The position numbers and the translations under genes are program-made. A stretch of DNA of 64,000 nucleotides from Cetorhinus maximus (Eukaryota), in assembly GCF_964194155.1 (NCBI RefSeq), contig NC_135879.1, positions 68,262,001 to 68,326,000 of the forward strand. Direction: 5' to 3'. Numbering within the stretch: position 1 is the first letter of the stretch; every line of letters starts with the position of its first letter. A model generated the notes under the pieces. It saw nothing but the letters and a program-made list of their open reading frames with translations. It searched no databases and was not told the DNA's origin. Of the stretch, positions 62,916 to 64,000 are shown one piece after another.

Positions 62916-63229
62916 TTGAGTTGCTTTAAGGTAATCCATTCCATGGTGAGCTTAACCTTAGGATCAACAACAATTATCTTAAGAATTTAATTCAATTCAC
63001 AATTATTATTTTTATTAAATTTTTGGGTTAGTTATAATTTTTAATGCCTATGTCTGATGAAATGCATGCAACACTCCAAGAATGACAACAAAGCATCTGT
63101 GAGAATCTGAGTTGCAGTGGATTAGAATATTAGTGATAATTTTCGAAGTGCGCAACGCTAGTGTGGTCACTTACCTGCTTGAAGTGCATAATGGAAATTT
63201 GGGCATGTGCTGTTCATGACTTTCTAAAT

Positions 63230-64000
63230 AGAATTACAGACTACACAAGACAAAAACAGACCATTTGCACCAGCCTTCCTTTTCATAATCGACTCAGCCT
63301 TCTTTCTATCCTTCATTGAACTTTATCAGCGCAACCCTCTATTCTCTTCTCCCTCACATGCTTATTTAGCCTTTATTTACCTGAACTATTCCTTGTGGTA
63401 GTGAACGCCACATTCTCACCACTCTCTGGATAAATAGGTTCCTTATGAACTCCCTATTTGATTTCTTGGTGACTGTGCTATATTGATGACCCCAAGTTTT
63501 GCTCTTCCCCACAAATAGAAACACTCTGTAATTTTGAAGGCTTCTATTAGTCACGACTCAGCCTCTTCTTTTCAAGTGAAAAGAGGCCCAACCTGTTCAT
63601 CCTTTCTTGATAGGTATAACTTCACATTTCTATATCATCCTTATAAAATTGCTTTTGCATGCTCTCCCAGCTCTTCTATTTTCTTTTTATAATATGAAAA
63701 ACAAAACTGTGCACAGTACTCCAAATAGGATACAACCAAGGTTCGATACAAGTTTAGGATAACTTCTCTACTTTTTGATGCCATCCTTGTAGAAACAAAC
63801 CATACATTTGATTTGCTTTTCTTTTAAGGCCCTATTAACCTGCAACACTATTAATGAACTGTACATTTGTGCTCTTAGATTCCATTTATATTATTTCCAA
63901 GTACTATATGACCTCCTTACTTTCATTAACAAAATGAAGTACCTCACACTTCTCTGTGTTGAAATTAATTTGTCAATTAAATGCCATTCTGCAAGTTTAT
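63230..64000 (-). mobile_element. CR1 3' portion
   Basis: ORF 63366-63554 NLFIQRVVRMWRSLPQ plus CR1 3' UTR. Confidence 0.8.

Overview
Vertebrate nuclear DNA, most likely a cartilaginous fish (shark); the species call is inferred from the repeat types. Three genes lie on the minus strand: an intronless D1-class dopamine receptor DRD5/D1B (1998-3308), the proton channel OTOP1 (6 coding exons, 18457-39925, 607 aa, one GC-AG intron) and TMEM128 (4 coding exons, 47000-52379, 168 aa). The remainder is largely transposon-derived: CR1, L2 and a second CR1/L2-group LINE family, a 5'-truncated Tx1/L1-clade LINE, Penelope-like elements with minimal hammerhead motifs, SINEs, a solo LTR and a Harbinger-like element with unexplained cargo. 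There are also several tandem repeats. I found no evidence of a wholly new multi-gene system. The best leads are a Trp at an OTOP1 gating position that is normally Arg, a 1.3-kb Penelope palindrome with a 13-bp TSD and twin hammerhead motifs in an OTOP1 intron, the Harbinger cargo, and two unusual tandem arrays flanking the TMEM128 start. Repeat boundaries are approximate unless a TSD is given.
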